Source: the human T2T-CHM13v2.0 reference genome, Homo sapiens. Taken from it: a stretch of DNA of 64,000 bases. The notes under the pieces are model-generated. The model was not told the DNA's origin. It saw nothing but the letters and a program-made list of their open reading frames with translations, and ran no database searches. Position 1 is the first letter of the stretch. Every line of letters starts with the position of its first letter. The translations under genes were made by a program, and so were the position numbers. This document shows, piece after piece, positions 1-14,574 of the stretch. The stretch lies in the NCBI RefSeq assembly GCF_009914755.1, contig NC_060927.1; one strand, 5' to 3'.

Positions 1-273
1 GGTACATATTAATGCCACAGAAACCCAGATGGAAGGAGCTGATTAAAATAGTTTCCTTCTTAAGAGTCTTCTGTAGAAAGTAATTGAGAGAATCTCACGT
101 GTTTCTTTTGAGCTCTTTGGAGGAAATAAAATGGCTATCATTTCAATGAACTTCTTAAGTTCTACAAAATCCTTCATCCAGTTCCAGGAGGTAAACGGTA
201 GCTAAAGGACAAGGACAATGACAAGACCAGAATTCAGGTCTTCTGTTCTCAAGATCAGTGTTTATTTTGAGGA

Positions 274-568
274 TTTGTTGTTGTTGTTGTTGTTTGAGAT
301 AGCGTCTGGCTCTTTAACCCAGGCTGTAGTGCAGTGGCGTAATCTCGTCTCAGTGCAACCTGTGCCTCCTGGGCTCAAGTGATCCTCCCACCTCAGCCTC
401 CCAAGTAGCTAGGACTACATTGCACGCCACCACGCCTGGCTAATTTTTGTATTTTTTGTAGAGACAGGGTTTTGCCATGTTGCCAAGGCTGGTCTCGAAC
501 TTCTGGACTCCTGGACTCCAGCCTCCCAAAGTGCTGGTATTACAGGCACGAGCCACTGCAACTGCCCT
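274..568 (-). mobile_element. Alu (AluJ-like) with (TTG)n-derived tail
   Basis: Antisense Alu motifs, J-type 'gggctcaagtgatcctcccacctcagcc'; TTG repeat at ~274-294 in place of poly(T). Confidence 0.9.
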
Positions 569-1149
569 TGAGTTTCTTAAATAATGAGTCTCTTCTGCTT
601 TTTTCTCTAGAAAGATATACAAATTTTGTTTCCTCTTCTCTCTCTTCTAATAATAGGTCACACCCTATGGGTTGCATTTTTTTTTTTAAATCATCTGTCA
701 TGAATCCTCGGTCTCTAGTTTTCTGTTATTGTTATGACATAAAGTGAAAGCCTCAACACAGTTTTAAATTCGGGTCTCAGATCAAATATGGTTGGCAAAT
801 CCTGCCCAATGAAATAAGTTGTCAGCTGAAGCAGTGACAAAAGAATGAGTGCTTTTTTTTTTTTTTAACTGTTATGACATCCCTGCTCTGTAAGTAAATG
901 ATGGTAAATATTACTACAATGAAATCTAAACTGGAATTATTTTATTCATGTTCATTTTATTTGACTTTTTTGCAGGGAGAAGAATCCTTTCTGTTTAAAT
1001 ATATAAGTGTTGGTACCTATTTAACCATTTATGGAGTCTCTACCATACAAGAAGTACTGTGGTAAGCATTTTAAATATAGTATCTCAAATCCTCTTTGGT
1101 GTTATGAACATTTTATAGTGAATGAATAGCTATAATAATAATAATACTT

Positions 1150-1268
1150 GCTACTTTGTACAAGGTAGCCAGCAATAATGCTAGCTAAGCCGATTCACAT
1201 ATGCTATCTTGTTTGCCCTAACATCTTCCTTATGAGGTAGCTACTATTGACATTCTCATTTTCCAAAT
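1150..1268 (-). mobile_element. MIR fragment, left part (split by BRD7 retrocopy)
   Basis: 'attctcattttccaaataagaaa' resembles the antisense MIR core and continues after 3531 as 'taagaaacttgccc'. Confidence 0.55.
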
Positions 1269-1285
1269 AAGAAAAAAGACGGATT

Positions 1286-1600
1286 GGAGACGGGCATCGC
1301 GCCGCCCGGCGTGCGCCGCACGCCTGCCTCGCGGCGCGGAGTCTCGCGGGCCCCGCTCCCGCCCTCCGCTCGCCTGGCCCGGACCGGAAGCGGCGCCGCA
1401 CGGCCTCGGCCTGGCGCGGGGGACGGGCACCGGGGCCCGGTCGGACATGGGCAAGAAGCACAAGAAGCACAAGTCGGACAAACACCTCCACGAGGAGTAT
1501 GTAGAGAAGCCATTGAAGCTGGTCCTCAAAGTAGGAGGGAACGAAGTCACCGAACTCTCCATGGGCAGCTCGAGGCACGACTCCAGCCTCTTCGAAGACA
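1286..1600. promoter_or_regulatory. CpG-dense segment carried in by the retrocopy 5'UTR
   Basis: About 30 CpGs in 1286-1446 against a CpG-poor background; ETS-like CCGGAAG at 1384-1390. Confidence 0.55.
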
Positions 1601-3514
1601 AAAACGATCATGACAAACACAAGGACAGAAAGCGGAAAAAGAGAAAGAAAGGAGAGAAGCAGATTCCAGGGGAAGAAAAGGGGAGAAAACGGAGAAGAGT
1701 TAAGGAGGATAAAAAGAAGCGAGATCGAGACCGGGTGGAGAATGAGGCAGAAAAAGACCTCCAGTGTCACGCCCCTGTGAGATTAGACTTGCCCCCTGAG
1801 AAGCCTCTCACAAGCTCTTTAGCCAAACAAGAAGTAGAACAGACACCCCTTCAAGAAGCTTTGAATCAACTGATGAGACAATTGTAGAGAAAAGATCCAA
1901 GTGCTTTCTTTTCATTTCCTGTGACTGATTTTATTGCTCCTGGCTACTCCATGATCATTAAACACCCAATGGATTTTAGTACCATGAAAGAAAAGATCAA
2001 GAACAATGACTATCAGTCCATAGAAGAACTAAAGGATAACTTCAAACTAATGTGTACTAATGCCATGATTTACAATAAACCAGAGACCATTTATTATAAA
2101 GCTGCAAAGAAGCTGTTGCACTCAGGGATGAAAATTCTTAGCCAGGAAAGAATTCAGAGCCTGAAGCAGAGCATAGACTTCATGGCTGACTTGCAGAAAA
2201 CTCGAAAGCAGAAAGATGGAACAGACACCTCACAGAGTGGGGAGGACGGAGGCTGCTGGCAGAGAGAGAGGACTCTGGAGATGCCGAAGCACACGCCTTC
2301 AAGAGTCCCAGCAAAGAAAAAGAAAAAGATACGCTTGAAGATAAGTTTAAAAGCAATAATTTAGAGAGAGAGCAGGAGCATCTTGACCGCATTGTGAAGG
2401 AATCTGGAGGAAAACTGACCAGGCGGCTTGTGAACAGTCAGTGCGAATTTGAAAGAAGAAAACCAGATGGAACAACGACGTTGGGACTTCTCCATCCTGT
2501 GGATCCCATTGTAGGAGAGCCAGGCTACTGCCCTGTGAGACTGGGAATGACAACTGGAAGACTTCAGTCTGGAGTGAATACTTTGCAGGGGTTCAAAGAG
2601 GATAAAAGGAACAAAGTCACTCCAGTGTTATATTTGAATTATGGGCCCTACGGTTCTTATGCACCGCATTATGACTCCACATTTGCGAATATCAGCAAGG
2701 ATGATTCTGATTTAATCTATTCAACCTATGGGGAAGACTCTGATCTTCCAAGCGTTTTCAGCATCCATGAGTTTTTGGCCACGTGCCAAGATTATCCATA
2801 TGTCATGGCAGATAGTTTACTGGATGTTTTAACAAAAGGAGGGCATTCCAGGACCCTACAAGAGATGGAGATGTCATTGCCTGAAGATGAAGGCCATACT
2901 AAGACACTTGACACAGCAAAAAAAAATGGAGATTACAGAAGTAGAGCCCCCAGGGCGTTTGGAGTCCAATACTCAAGACAGGCTCATAGCGCTGAAAGCA
3001 GTAACAAATTTTGGCGTTCCAGTTGAAGTTTTTGACTCTGAAGAAGCTGAAATATTCCAGAAGAAATTTGGTGAGACCACCAGATTGCTCAGGGAACTCC
3101 AGGAAGCCCAGAATGAACGTTTGAGCACCAGACCCCCTCCCAACATGATCTGTCTCTTGGGTCCCTCATACAGAGAAATGCATCTTGCTGAACAAGTGAC
3201 CAATAACCTTAAAGAACTTGCATAGCAAGTAACTCCAGGTGATATCGTAAGCATGTATGGAGTTCGAAAAGCAATGGGTATTTCCATTCCTTCCCCCGTC
3301 ATGGAAAACAACTTTGTGGATTTGACAGAAGACACTGAAAAACCTAAAAAGACGGATGTTGCTGAGTGTGGACCTGGTGGAAGTTGAGGCTGCCTGGTAT
3401 TTGATTATATATTATGTACATACTTTTTCATTCTTAACTTAGAAATGCTTTTCAGAAGATATTAAATATTTGTAAATTGTGTTTTTAATTAAACTTTGGA
3501 ACAGTGAAAAAAAA
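1286..3514 (+). pseudogene. BRD7 (bromodomain-containing 7) processed pseudogene, full length
   Basis: ORFs translate to BRD7 from MGKKHKKHKSDKH (ATG 1447) through the bromodomain (FIAPGYSMIIKHPMDF..NAMIYN) to ECGPGGS* (TGA 3385-3387). No introns; GC-rich 5'UTR; ATTAAA 3488-3493; poly(A) from 3507; TSD aagaaaaaagac(g/a)gatt at 1269-1285 and 3515-3531. Disabled by TAG 1885-1887, a frameshift in (AG)n ~2262-2270, a frameshift in an A-run ~2918-2926, and TAG 3223-3225. The BRD7P number (possibly BRD7P2) cannot be verified here. Confidence 0.97.
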
Positions 3515-4107
3515 AAGAAAAAAGACAGATTAAGAAACTTGCCCATAGTTCCTTAATTAGTCAATGTTGGAGCCTATGTCCAACCTCATGTAGGTTCATT
3601 GCCAAAGCCTGCTGGCATCCCGAGAACAGGTTACCTCTAAGTTTTGGTAAATTCTTCAAACACTCTTACCTTTGAAAGCCTAATACAGCATAGGCTCTAG
3701 CACCTGACCAACCTGGCTCCAAATCCTAGTGGATCTGTTTGGCAATTACCATCAACAGGGTTTCTCCTGTTCCCATAAGCAAGTCATCTTTGTAGCCAGT
3801 GGGAAGAGGAGAAAAGAACGAAAGCACATGCCCCTTTTTTATAAGAGCGTGAATGATCTGTTCCCATCCCATTCATCAGAACTGAGTTTTACAGATTATC
3901 CTGGGGAGGCTTGGGAATGCTGATTTCAAACTAGGCAGTTATGTGCTCAGCCAAAATTTACAGATTTTACTAATAAGTAAAGGGAAGAATAGATGTTGGA
4001 TAACCAGGCAACCAGGAGTCTTTTCCTCCCTGAGTTTTGGTACTCTGTGACCTTGGACAAGTTTCTGATCTTGTCTGAGCTTCAGTTTTGACCTGTGCAA
4101 AATAGTA

Positions 4108-4486
<379 letters not shown>

Positions 4487-4535
4487 TTAAAAATCCATAT
4501 TCTGACTTTGGAAGTATCTGCAACTTACATTTCTA

Positions 4536-5153
<618 letters not shown>

Positions 5154-5616
5154 TTATACAGGAATATACTACTGGAAGAATGCAAGGAGGTTCTCATCGT
5201 ATGCATGAATGGGTAGCCTCATTTCCTCTAGGACACACTTTGGAACCCTCTGAGAAACTACCAGACTGTATAACCACCTGGTGGTTGGGGGGGTCCTTAT
5301 AAACAGCCCTTGATTGATCAACAAAAAGCTGCTTGGTTTACAGATAACAGTTTCACAGTGGATGGTCAGCATCCTGTTTGGAAGGCTCTGCACTATGACC
5401 AAATAATGCAAAAATTCTAATTGAAGAAGTTGAGAACAAATAAGCTCAGTGGCTTGATTGCCTACTGGTTTTCTCACCGTGATGGAAGAATTGAACAATT
5501 CCCCAAAGTCTGGGTGCATTCCAACTCATGGGCATTGGCCAGTGGATGGCTGGCTACATGGTCAGGAAAATGGGCAATGGAAAACTGGATTCTTAAAGGA
5601 ATGTCCATATGGATCA

Positions 5617-5978
<362 letters not shown>

Positions 5979-7562
5979 TCAATGCTCATGAGAAGAACCT
6001 CTTTTCCAGCCTGAAAGTGATTGCAACTTTAAGTCAAAATCTTGTTGCACTTACTTGAGGTGGCCAACTGGGTCCATGAAGTGAGTGGACATGGGGAAGT
6101 GGCAGCAATGCAGAGAGGGGTAATCATAGACACATATTCCTCTGCACCCTCAGAAGCACAAAGTGCCAGGAACTGTCCTGTCCGCCAGCAGGAAACATGA
6201 ACACTGCAGACAGTAATGGGGCAGATTTCCTCAGGGTAGGTCCCTGGTGCAGAGCTGACAGAGAAACTTTATTATGCCATCAGTGCCAGTTGCCTTGGAA
6301 TGGGTCCTGACAGGAATAGACACTCCGGACCACACTTTGCATACCCAGTGGTGGACGCAAATGCTCAAAACACCATAAAAGGAATGGAGCAAAAATACTA
6401 CACCATGTAAAACCACTGAGTTACATTTCTTTAAACCAAAGAATATACTCTATGGCCCATAATGTCCAACAGTGGAAAAAGAGGTATCACACCAAATGGA
6501 TACATCATGTTTCTTACCACCCTCAGAGGAATAGCTTGATAGAGAATTGGTAGGGGCACTGGTAACATTTATTGTCCCAAACATAAGGAGATAAGGTATG
6601 CGGGGCTGGCTTACACACATTCATGCTTGGGTGCTCAGATTCAACATGATGGGGGCCAGGGGCAGGTCTCCAGTCAGTAGATTCTTCTGCTTTTCTGGTG
6701 GATTTGGGGTAAAGGGGATGACTAGAATGCTAGTATGACTGTACAATTATTCCCACATCACTTTAACTTCCTCTTTTCCTAACTGATACAGTGTTCCTGC
6801 CAGCAGGGCTACAACTCTAGTGCCAGAAACAGGAATGAAGTAGGGATGATCTCTAAGCAAAAAGTGTAACTAAGCCTTTAAATATCTATGCCAGAATTCT
6901 GAAGGGCCTAATGGGTTGGATGGTGCCTTCACCCTAACTGGCATAATTGGGGTTGACAGTGAATGCAGCTATATTGCATGGTGGTTGAGAAAGCCCACTG
7001 GTCTATACCCTTTATTCCTACTCTATATGAATACTAGTGGTCTAAGAGGTAGGTACTTGCTAGAGTGGTGTTGCTGCCTGCAGTCTGGACCAGCACAGTG
7101 GTTGAACTTAATATCTCTTCCACAGGTGGAAAAGTCTGGGTAAAAATCAATGACAAGTGGAGAGAAGGAGCAATAGTATTGTTGGAAGGAAGAGAATAAA
7201 AAAGTGGGTTATGCAGCAAGGGAAATTCAATATTACAATTGTGCCTCTAGAGAGGCTTAGCGTAATAGAAAGATCCTGTCTCTTAGAACAATTAAACTAG
7301 ATACCAGAAAGTACAGCTATATATTTGCCAAGATTATCCCTCCTTTTGGAACCCTACAAGGTCAAATGGAAATCTGCATACCTGAATGGCATTGCTCTGG
7401 GAGACACTTTAGCCATTAGATAAACTGAATGAATTGTTAGCGACTGAGTGGAACTCTAGTAATGTTCCAGTATTTTTTACTTTTATTTTTCATATCCTAC
7501 AACAGAGATTATTAAGTTAGGAATTTTCAGGAACTGCATCCTGCTGGGCCACTGGGGAGATT

Positions 7563-8195
7563 TGTTTTGTAGCTTAAACAGATACAGTATTACTACCTTC
7601 ACACCAGGAATAGATCAGAATAAGACATATCATGTGGAATACTTAGCAAGGACTGTTAGTATAGTTAGCCTACCTTCAGAACTGGCCATTGGCCAGCTCC
7701 CAGGAGACAACCTCTAAGCCCTTAGAATATTCTGCCGGATGAGAGTGCTTTTGTATGGCTGAGGTCTTGGGCCATGCTAGACTCATTTAACCACATAGGT
7801 TTATGCTAATAATGTTATATGTAGGGAATGCCTATTTTTGCTCTGGGAAAAGGGCTGGTGTCTTGTGTCTGAGGCCAGTCACACAGGGGCTACATGGCTG
7901 ATCCGCAACAAAAACCCCAGTCCAATGTCTGGATGTGCTTCCCTGGTTGACAACACCTCTCACACGTTGCCACATATTGTTGCTGGAAGAGTTAAGCACA
8001 CTCTTGTGCAACTCCAGTGGGAGGGGACAGCTGGAAGCTTGTGCCTGGTGTCACCTGGACTTTGCTCCATGTGCCTTTTCCCTTTGCTGATTTTAATGTA
8101 TATCCTTTCACTGTACTAAAACATGTTTCACAAACTATATATATTTAGTAAACTACAACCATGAGTATAACAGCTTTTCTGAGTCCCATGAGTCC
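7563..8195 (+). mobile_element. ERVL LTR, MER77/MER68-like (3' LTR of the relic)
   Basis: 'ctggaagcttgtgcctgg...gtgccttttccctttgctgattttaatgtatatcctttc...gagtataacagcttttctgagtcc' matches the recalled MER68/MER77 3' part; purine tract 'tggggaga' precedes it; 3' end truncated. Confidence 0.7.
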
Positions 8196-9998
8196 AAGTC
8201 AAAGTCACATCAATAAAAGGACTTTTAACTTTAACGGACATATGAGGAAGCAGGTAGGACGGCCTCCCTTGCTTGCTCCCACAGACCCTTGGAGTGCCCC
8301 AGGCCATGGATGACACAGCAGTGTCATCAGTGGTTTTCTCTCCACCCAGTGGCTTCTTCAGAAACACTGGGGTCCTTGAGAATAGAGATCGTCTCTTATC
8401 TCTGCTTCTGTAGTTTCTGGGGCAGCGCTTGGGATATAGTAGATACTGGAAATGTTTATAGTATGAATGCTTTACAAAAATATGCTTCAGTCTTACTTAG
8501 TTTGTGAATGTTAATCTCAAAGAGACTGACACATAACTTTATAAGATAATACTATTTTACCTAAAGAATGCTTCCAGTCACAAGTCTGAAGTGAAGTACA
8601 TACGGGCAGATGTAGGATAGTTTTCTTAGCACTAGCATGCAAGGTAGCACTACAAAGGTTTATTGTGTAGTGCAGTGACAAAAGTTATCCAAGTCACTGT
8701 TAATTAAAGACATATTTTTATTAGACGCTGAAGGCAACTTCAAAATTAAAATCCCACTTTTTATTGGGCAAGCAGTCAAGGAAAGGCACCCTGTAAATTT
8801 ATAAAACGGGTCCCCAATTAAACTCACTGTTTTTAGAGTCTGAGTCCAGAACATTCCTTATAAATTCTTGAACATATTTGTGTGCAATTTGATTTCTGTT
8901 TTTATGTCCAAAACACTAAAGTTCTACACAAACCAGAGAAGATTTCTTTCATAAAAGGTACAGTCTCCTGTATTTCAACTCCAGCCCCAAATATCTTCAT
9001 CATGGGCTTGGGAGTCAGAAAGGTTCATCTTATATTAGGCGTTAGACTCTTATGCAGTCCGTCTGTTTCAGAAGACCCAAACCAACCTCATCCCCCTCAC
9101 TTCCTGAGCTGCTGCTTAAATTACAGAGTTTTATTGGGTTGGGAGGAAGACAGGAAGAGTTCCAAACCATGAAGTAAATGGTAAACAATAAAATATTGAT
9201 GGCGCCAAAAAGAACCTGAGGGAATCGCAGAGGGCTGACATTTCTCAATAGCCCTGTGGATCTTATAAAATTGCTTAGCCATATGTCTAAGAGTAATAAA
9301 ACACAAATAAACTACACAAACTCCAATTATGAGAGATGCTAAGTCTTTCAAACAATAAAAAAATTAAATCCTTTATTTTAAAATGTTGCCACTTTGACCT
9401 GTTAGGAGCTATAGGCAGATAAATTTTAAAAATATTTAGATTTGAAAATAAGTACCTAAAAAAATCCAAACTCAGAACTGCACACCACAACACATAGCCT
9501 CCAATGTATCATTATTGTTTTGAAGCCTATAAGTTTCTGGGAAAAGAAAAAGGATAAAAGAAGCTTCTGATAAAAGAAAAAGAAAAGGATTTGAGATCTT
9601 TTGGAGAACATAGTATCTTGAAAGAAATTTAAAATGCATTCCTTGGTGATTTTTAAGTAGCTGAGTTGAGGATAAAGCATTGTCACATTTAGTTTCTGGT
9701 AGAGGGTATTTGAAAACTATTCTTATTTCTTTAGAAAGTTCAAAGCCCAATAGTTGTGGGTAATTGATTAAGCGTCTGGTAATACCAACTCTTTGTGTAT
9801 TTTGATCTGATCTGAGAGAGAAGCAAACATACGCTGGAATGTTTCATCAATGTTTCCTTTGTTTATGTCTCCAAACTTCGACAGCCAAAGAAAGTAGTTT
9901 GATTTACTGGGATGAATAAAGGGTTTATGGACAGGTTTTTTTTTGTTTTGTTTTGTTTTTTCTGATTGATGTTAATGTTGCTACTATTATCGTGGTTT

Positions 9999-10306
9999 GT
10001 TTTTTTTTTTTTTTTTTTTTGGACAGAGTCTCCCTCTGTGGCCCAGGCTAGAGTGCTGTGGCGCGATCTTGGCTCACGGCAAGCTCCGCCTCCAGGGTTC
10101 ACGCCGTTCTCCTGCCTCAGCCTTTAGTAGCTGGGACTACCAGCACCCGCCACCACGCCCGGCTAATTTTTTTGTATTTTTAGTAGAGACAGGGTTTCAC
10201 CGGGGGAGTTAGCCAAGATGGTCTGGATCTCCTGACCTCGTGATCCGCCCGCCTCAGGCTCCCAAAGTGCTGGGATTGTTACAAGCGTGAACCACCACGC
10301 CCAGCC
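9999..10306 (-). mobile_element. AluY-like
   Basis: Y diagnostics 'caagctccgcctcc', 'ttcacgcc', 'gacctcgtgatccgcccgcc'; exact TSD tattatcgtggttt at 9985-9998 and 10307-10320. Confidence 0.95.
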
Positions 10307-10569
10307 TATTATCGTGGTTTTACTACCACCTTTTCACAAATGTTTCCTGCACAGTGCTTCCTCTAGGGCCAAGGGGAATTCCTCTTGGGGGCAAGTATGT
10401 CCTCGCTCTGATTTGTGTGTATTCCCTCTAGAGACCAAAATAAGAGCCCAGAATTTTAAGGGATCCTAAGGTAAAGTTAAGGACTCCCAGCAAAACCCAA
10501 ACACTTGATAACTTCTTAAATAAGTAAAAAGTCACAGTAGCATATGAACCATTGGATCTCGAATCTAGG

Positions 10570-10720
10570 CCCACATCAAAATCACCTCTACAGTTTTTAA
10601 AACAGGTGCTTACATTCTTAGGTACTGTAATTCAGTAGTTCTGGGTAAAGAACCAGGTATCTATATTTCATACCTTCATAGACTGCAGTCAGGAATGAGA
10701 ACCTCTGTCTTGTATAGAAT
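10570..10720. mobile_element. MER5A-like hAT MITE fragment
   Basis: 'catcaaaatcacct...aattcagtagttctggg...aaccaggtatctatattt'. Confidence 0.45.
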
Positions 10721-10829
10721 AGACAAGTTCCTAACAGCCTGAGCCAGAATGGGGAAGTAATCTTCATTTTATATCCAAACTTACGTTTTGATTTTTTTTT
10801 AAACATGTGGATGTATTATTATTATCATA

Positions 10830-11230
<401 letters not shown>

Positions 11231-11379
11231 TCAAATTATAAAATACAGTAAACTCAGTTGCCCTTCAACCATTTTGGACTTTGGGACTTTTTTCAAATGA
11301 ATAATATATGTAAATCTCATGACATTATAATGAGAGGCAGAGCATACTAAATTGTAAGTTTCTAAGGGCAAACGGTTAG

Positions 11380-11801
<422 letters not shown>

Positions 11802-13789
11802 ACCTCCTGGTTTTTTATTTCTAGCTTTCCTGAAAAGCTAGAGCCCATTCATTCAGGGCCTCAGTTGTTTTCTGGCAAACCAACACGAATTTTGGGGGCA
11901 AAACTTTGAGTCTAGTCCCTCTAAATGACATTTGCTAGAAAAAGGAAAACTTTGTTAAGTATAAGGAGAATCAATTCTAGATAACATCAAGGTAGAGTAA
12001 GATACGATGAATCTGTAATAAAAAATGAAGTAGAAAAAATCCAATACAGTTTTACAAAATCTGAGAGAATTTGTTGACATTGGGCACGAAGTGTATTTAA
12101 TTATTATTCAAAGAGCTAGTGACTCTGTTCACAACTGCAATATGATATGAACATAAGTAACAAGATAGTATCAAAACTTAGAGGATTTTTAAGCCAATAT
12201 TTTAAAGAAATATTTATTCAGGCATATTTTGACCCATATTTTATACATTCAAACAAGATTCATGAAATCATATGTACGAAGGTCACACTTAGATGACATT
12301 TACTTTTGCTTTTGAAATGGGGATCTCTCCTCCTTTAGGCAACATAGCTTGGTTCCCAGCAACATTTTTTCTTTCAAACCCATTCTCTTGGTTTAATTTT
12401 TTAAGTGTCTTTTGCCACTAGCTTTCAAATAAATTATTTAGCCCTCTGAAAATGTTTTAAACATGAATCCAGCCAAAGCTGATGTAAGTGAACCCAGAGG
12501 AATTGACAACACACAAAATGAAAGCTTTTGTCTTAAATGGGGCTATGAGAAAATGAGAAAAAAAAAACTGATGGAAGAAGAACTTCAATTTTCAGTTGCC
12601 AAAGAGGAGAAATGAGTGCAAGACAAAAGTGGGACAAGACGACACCTTCCTAGACTTTTCATTCTCTATCCAGAAGCAATAATTAGAATATTCAGTGCCC
12701 ATTGTAAATGGACAAGTTGCTAGCTTGCAAAAAGTTAATTGTTACATAGCAGAGTGCAAGGGTACTTTGTCAAAAACAGAAAGATTGCAACAGGCTACAG
12801 TAAATGTTTACTGGTACTTAGTTAACATGTAAGATTTAATTAAACAAAAAGTTATCAGCAGGCATAAATTTCACAAGGAAGTTTCATTTTGTGGCAAATG
12901 GCCAAGGATAGAGAAAAATTTAACTGCAATTTTCTCAAGTTCACAAAGCAAAAATGAAAATTTTTGTACTCTGACTCTTACCCTAAATAATTGTAGAAAT
13001 GGGAACAGCTTTGAGCCAAAATGGCCAAATTAAAAACCATTCATGCCTAATCCGAGTGAGCTCCCACCTGAGTTTACAAAAATGCTCCCAGAGGATAAAC
13101 AAGAAGTCTTACAAGTCTGTCTCACTGATGGTAAGGCACAAGGAAGATAGTAGGAAACACAACAGGGATAAGAGGAAACAGGGCAGAGCTGCTTCAAGGA
13201 AGCAAGCGTGGGCAAAGCAATCAGCTGAGATCTGTTTCCACAAGTAATGTTTATATCTTCATTAAATCAGAGACTCTAGCCAAGGAAATACCCCCAGGGA
13301 CTATGAGCCAGGATTCTTGCTGATGCTTTAGCTTGTAATGAACTGCTAAAGAAATAAAGTTGGTACAGGAAGAGAACCAGGCTTATTTTCCTACCTACAG
13401 ACCCCAGATTCCTAGTTCCAGAGTGGGAAGGGACCTTAGCATTCACAATCTTAATATTTTACCATTGAGAAAACTGAAACTCAGGAAGTTTTTTCCAAAC
13501 TTCATCTCCCCTCAATGCCTCAGTCTAGGTACCTCCCAAATGCCCTCTGATTGCTACTGTTTGGACACAGTGCTGGAGCCCTCTTAGACTCTATATTTTT
13601 GGTCCGCAGAATCCTTAGAATAAAAGGTTACCGACAAGCTACCTACTCCCTTTTACACATGCCCACACACAAAAAAAAACACACACAGGACAAAGGCAAG
13701 AACAAATCTCTCACTGAAATAGCAGAATGACAAGCAGTTAGTACACATCATACATTGACAACGGGATGATGTGGAATTATTGCAAAAGG

Positions 13790-14440
13790 ACAAGTTCAGA
13801 GATTGCTACTATCTAGAAATGTGAAAATGAAGTAAGACCGAGGAGAAAATAGGCAGACAAAATAATTATTTGTATTCACAGTGAAGAAACCTGCAAACAC
13901 TATCTCAGCCAGATGATCAAAAGCCAGCATCAACAGTGGTAACTCATGGTGATAGTGTGTATCCTTGGTATAATGTGATGAAAATGGCACTTTACTCCAT
14001 GGTCTTCCTTTCAAAACATGTAATCCCAGTCCTATCATGAGAAAACATTAGGTAAATTCCAACTGAGGAGCATTTTATAAACTACTTGACAGTACTCCTC
14101 AAAACTGCCATCAGAACTGAGGAAGTCTGATAAACTGTTACAACCAAGAGGAAGCTAAAGAGACACAGCAGGGAAATGCAATGTGGCGTCTTGGATGGGA
14201 TCATTGAACAGAAAAAGAATATTAGATAAAAAACTAAGGAAATTGAAATAAAGTATGGACTTTAGTTAATACTAATGTATCAATATCGGTTCATTATTTG
14301 TAACAAACATGCCATAGTAATGTGAGATGTTAATAATAGGGGAACTTAGGTGCAGAGTATATAGGAATTTTCTGAGCTCTCTCTACAGTTTTTCTATAAA
14401 TCTAAAACTGTTATGAAATAAAATGGTAATTTTAAAGAAA
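13790..14440 (+). mobile_element. Old L1 3' end (L1MC-like)
   Basis: 'gtgaagaaacctgcaaacactatctcagccagatgatcaa...aaagtatggactttagttaat...tttttctataaatctaaaactgtt' is typical of the L1MC 3'UTR. Confidence 0.7.
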
Positions 14441-14469
14441 ATTTTATTTACACAGTACACATGTTAGTG

Positions 14470-14574
14470 GTTTTGAAGTCATAGACACCGGCTTATAATT
14501 TAATTTCTGTTTATAAACCTTGTAACCCTTAATAACGCTTGGCTTTATTTTTCTCATCTCTAAAATGAGGCTGA
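14470..14574 (+). mobile_element. MIR, split by L1MA2 (continues 23232-23273 and 23778-23820)
   Basis: 'tttctcatctctaaaatg.ggct' joins 'aatcagacctgcctcaaagtgttgtag' and 'ctgagataat' to rebuild the MIR core. Confidence 0.65.

Noticed and set aside
1204-1770. 188-aa antisense ORF and other overlapping ORFs at the BRD7 copy 5' end
   Set aside because: Shadow frames of GC-rich and purine-rich BRD7 sequence with no recognisable domain.
1447-3387. Functional BRD7 gene
   Set aside because: No introns, two in-frame stops, two frameshifts, poly(A) and TSD: a retrocopy.
9180-9350. Possible conserved non-coding element in repeat-free sequence
   Set aside because: Impression only; conservation cannot be assessed without alignments.
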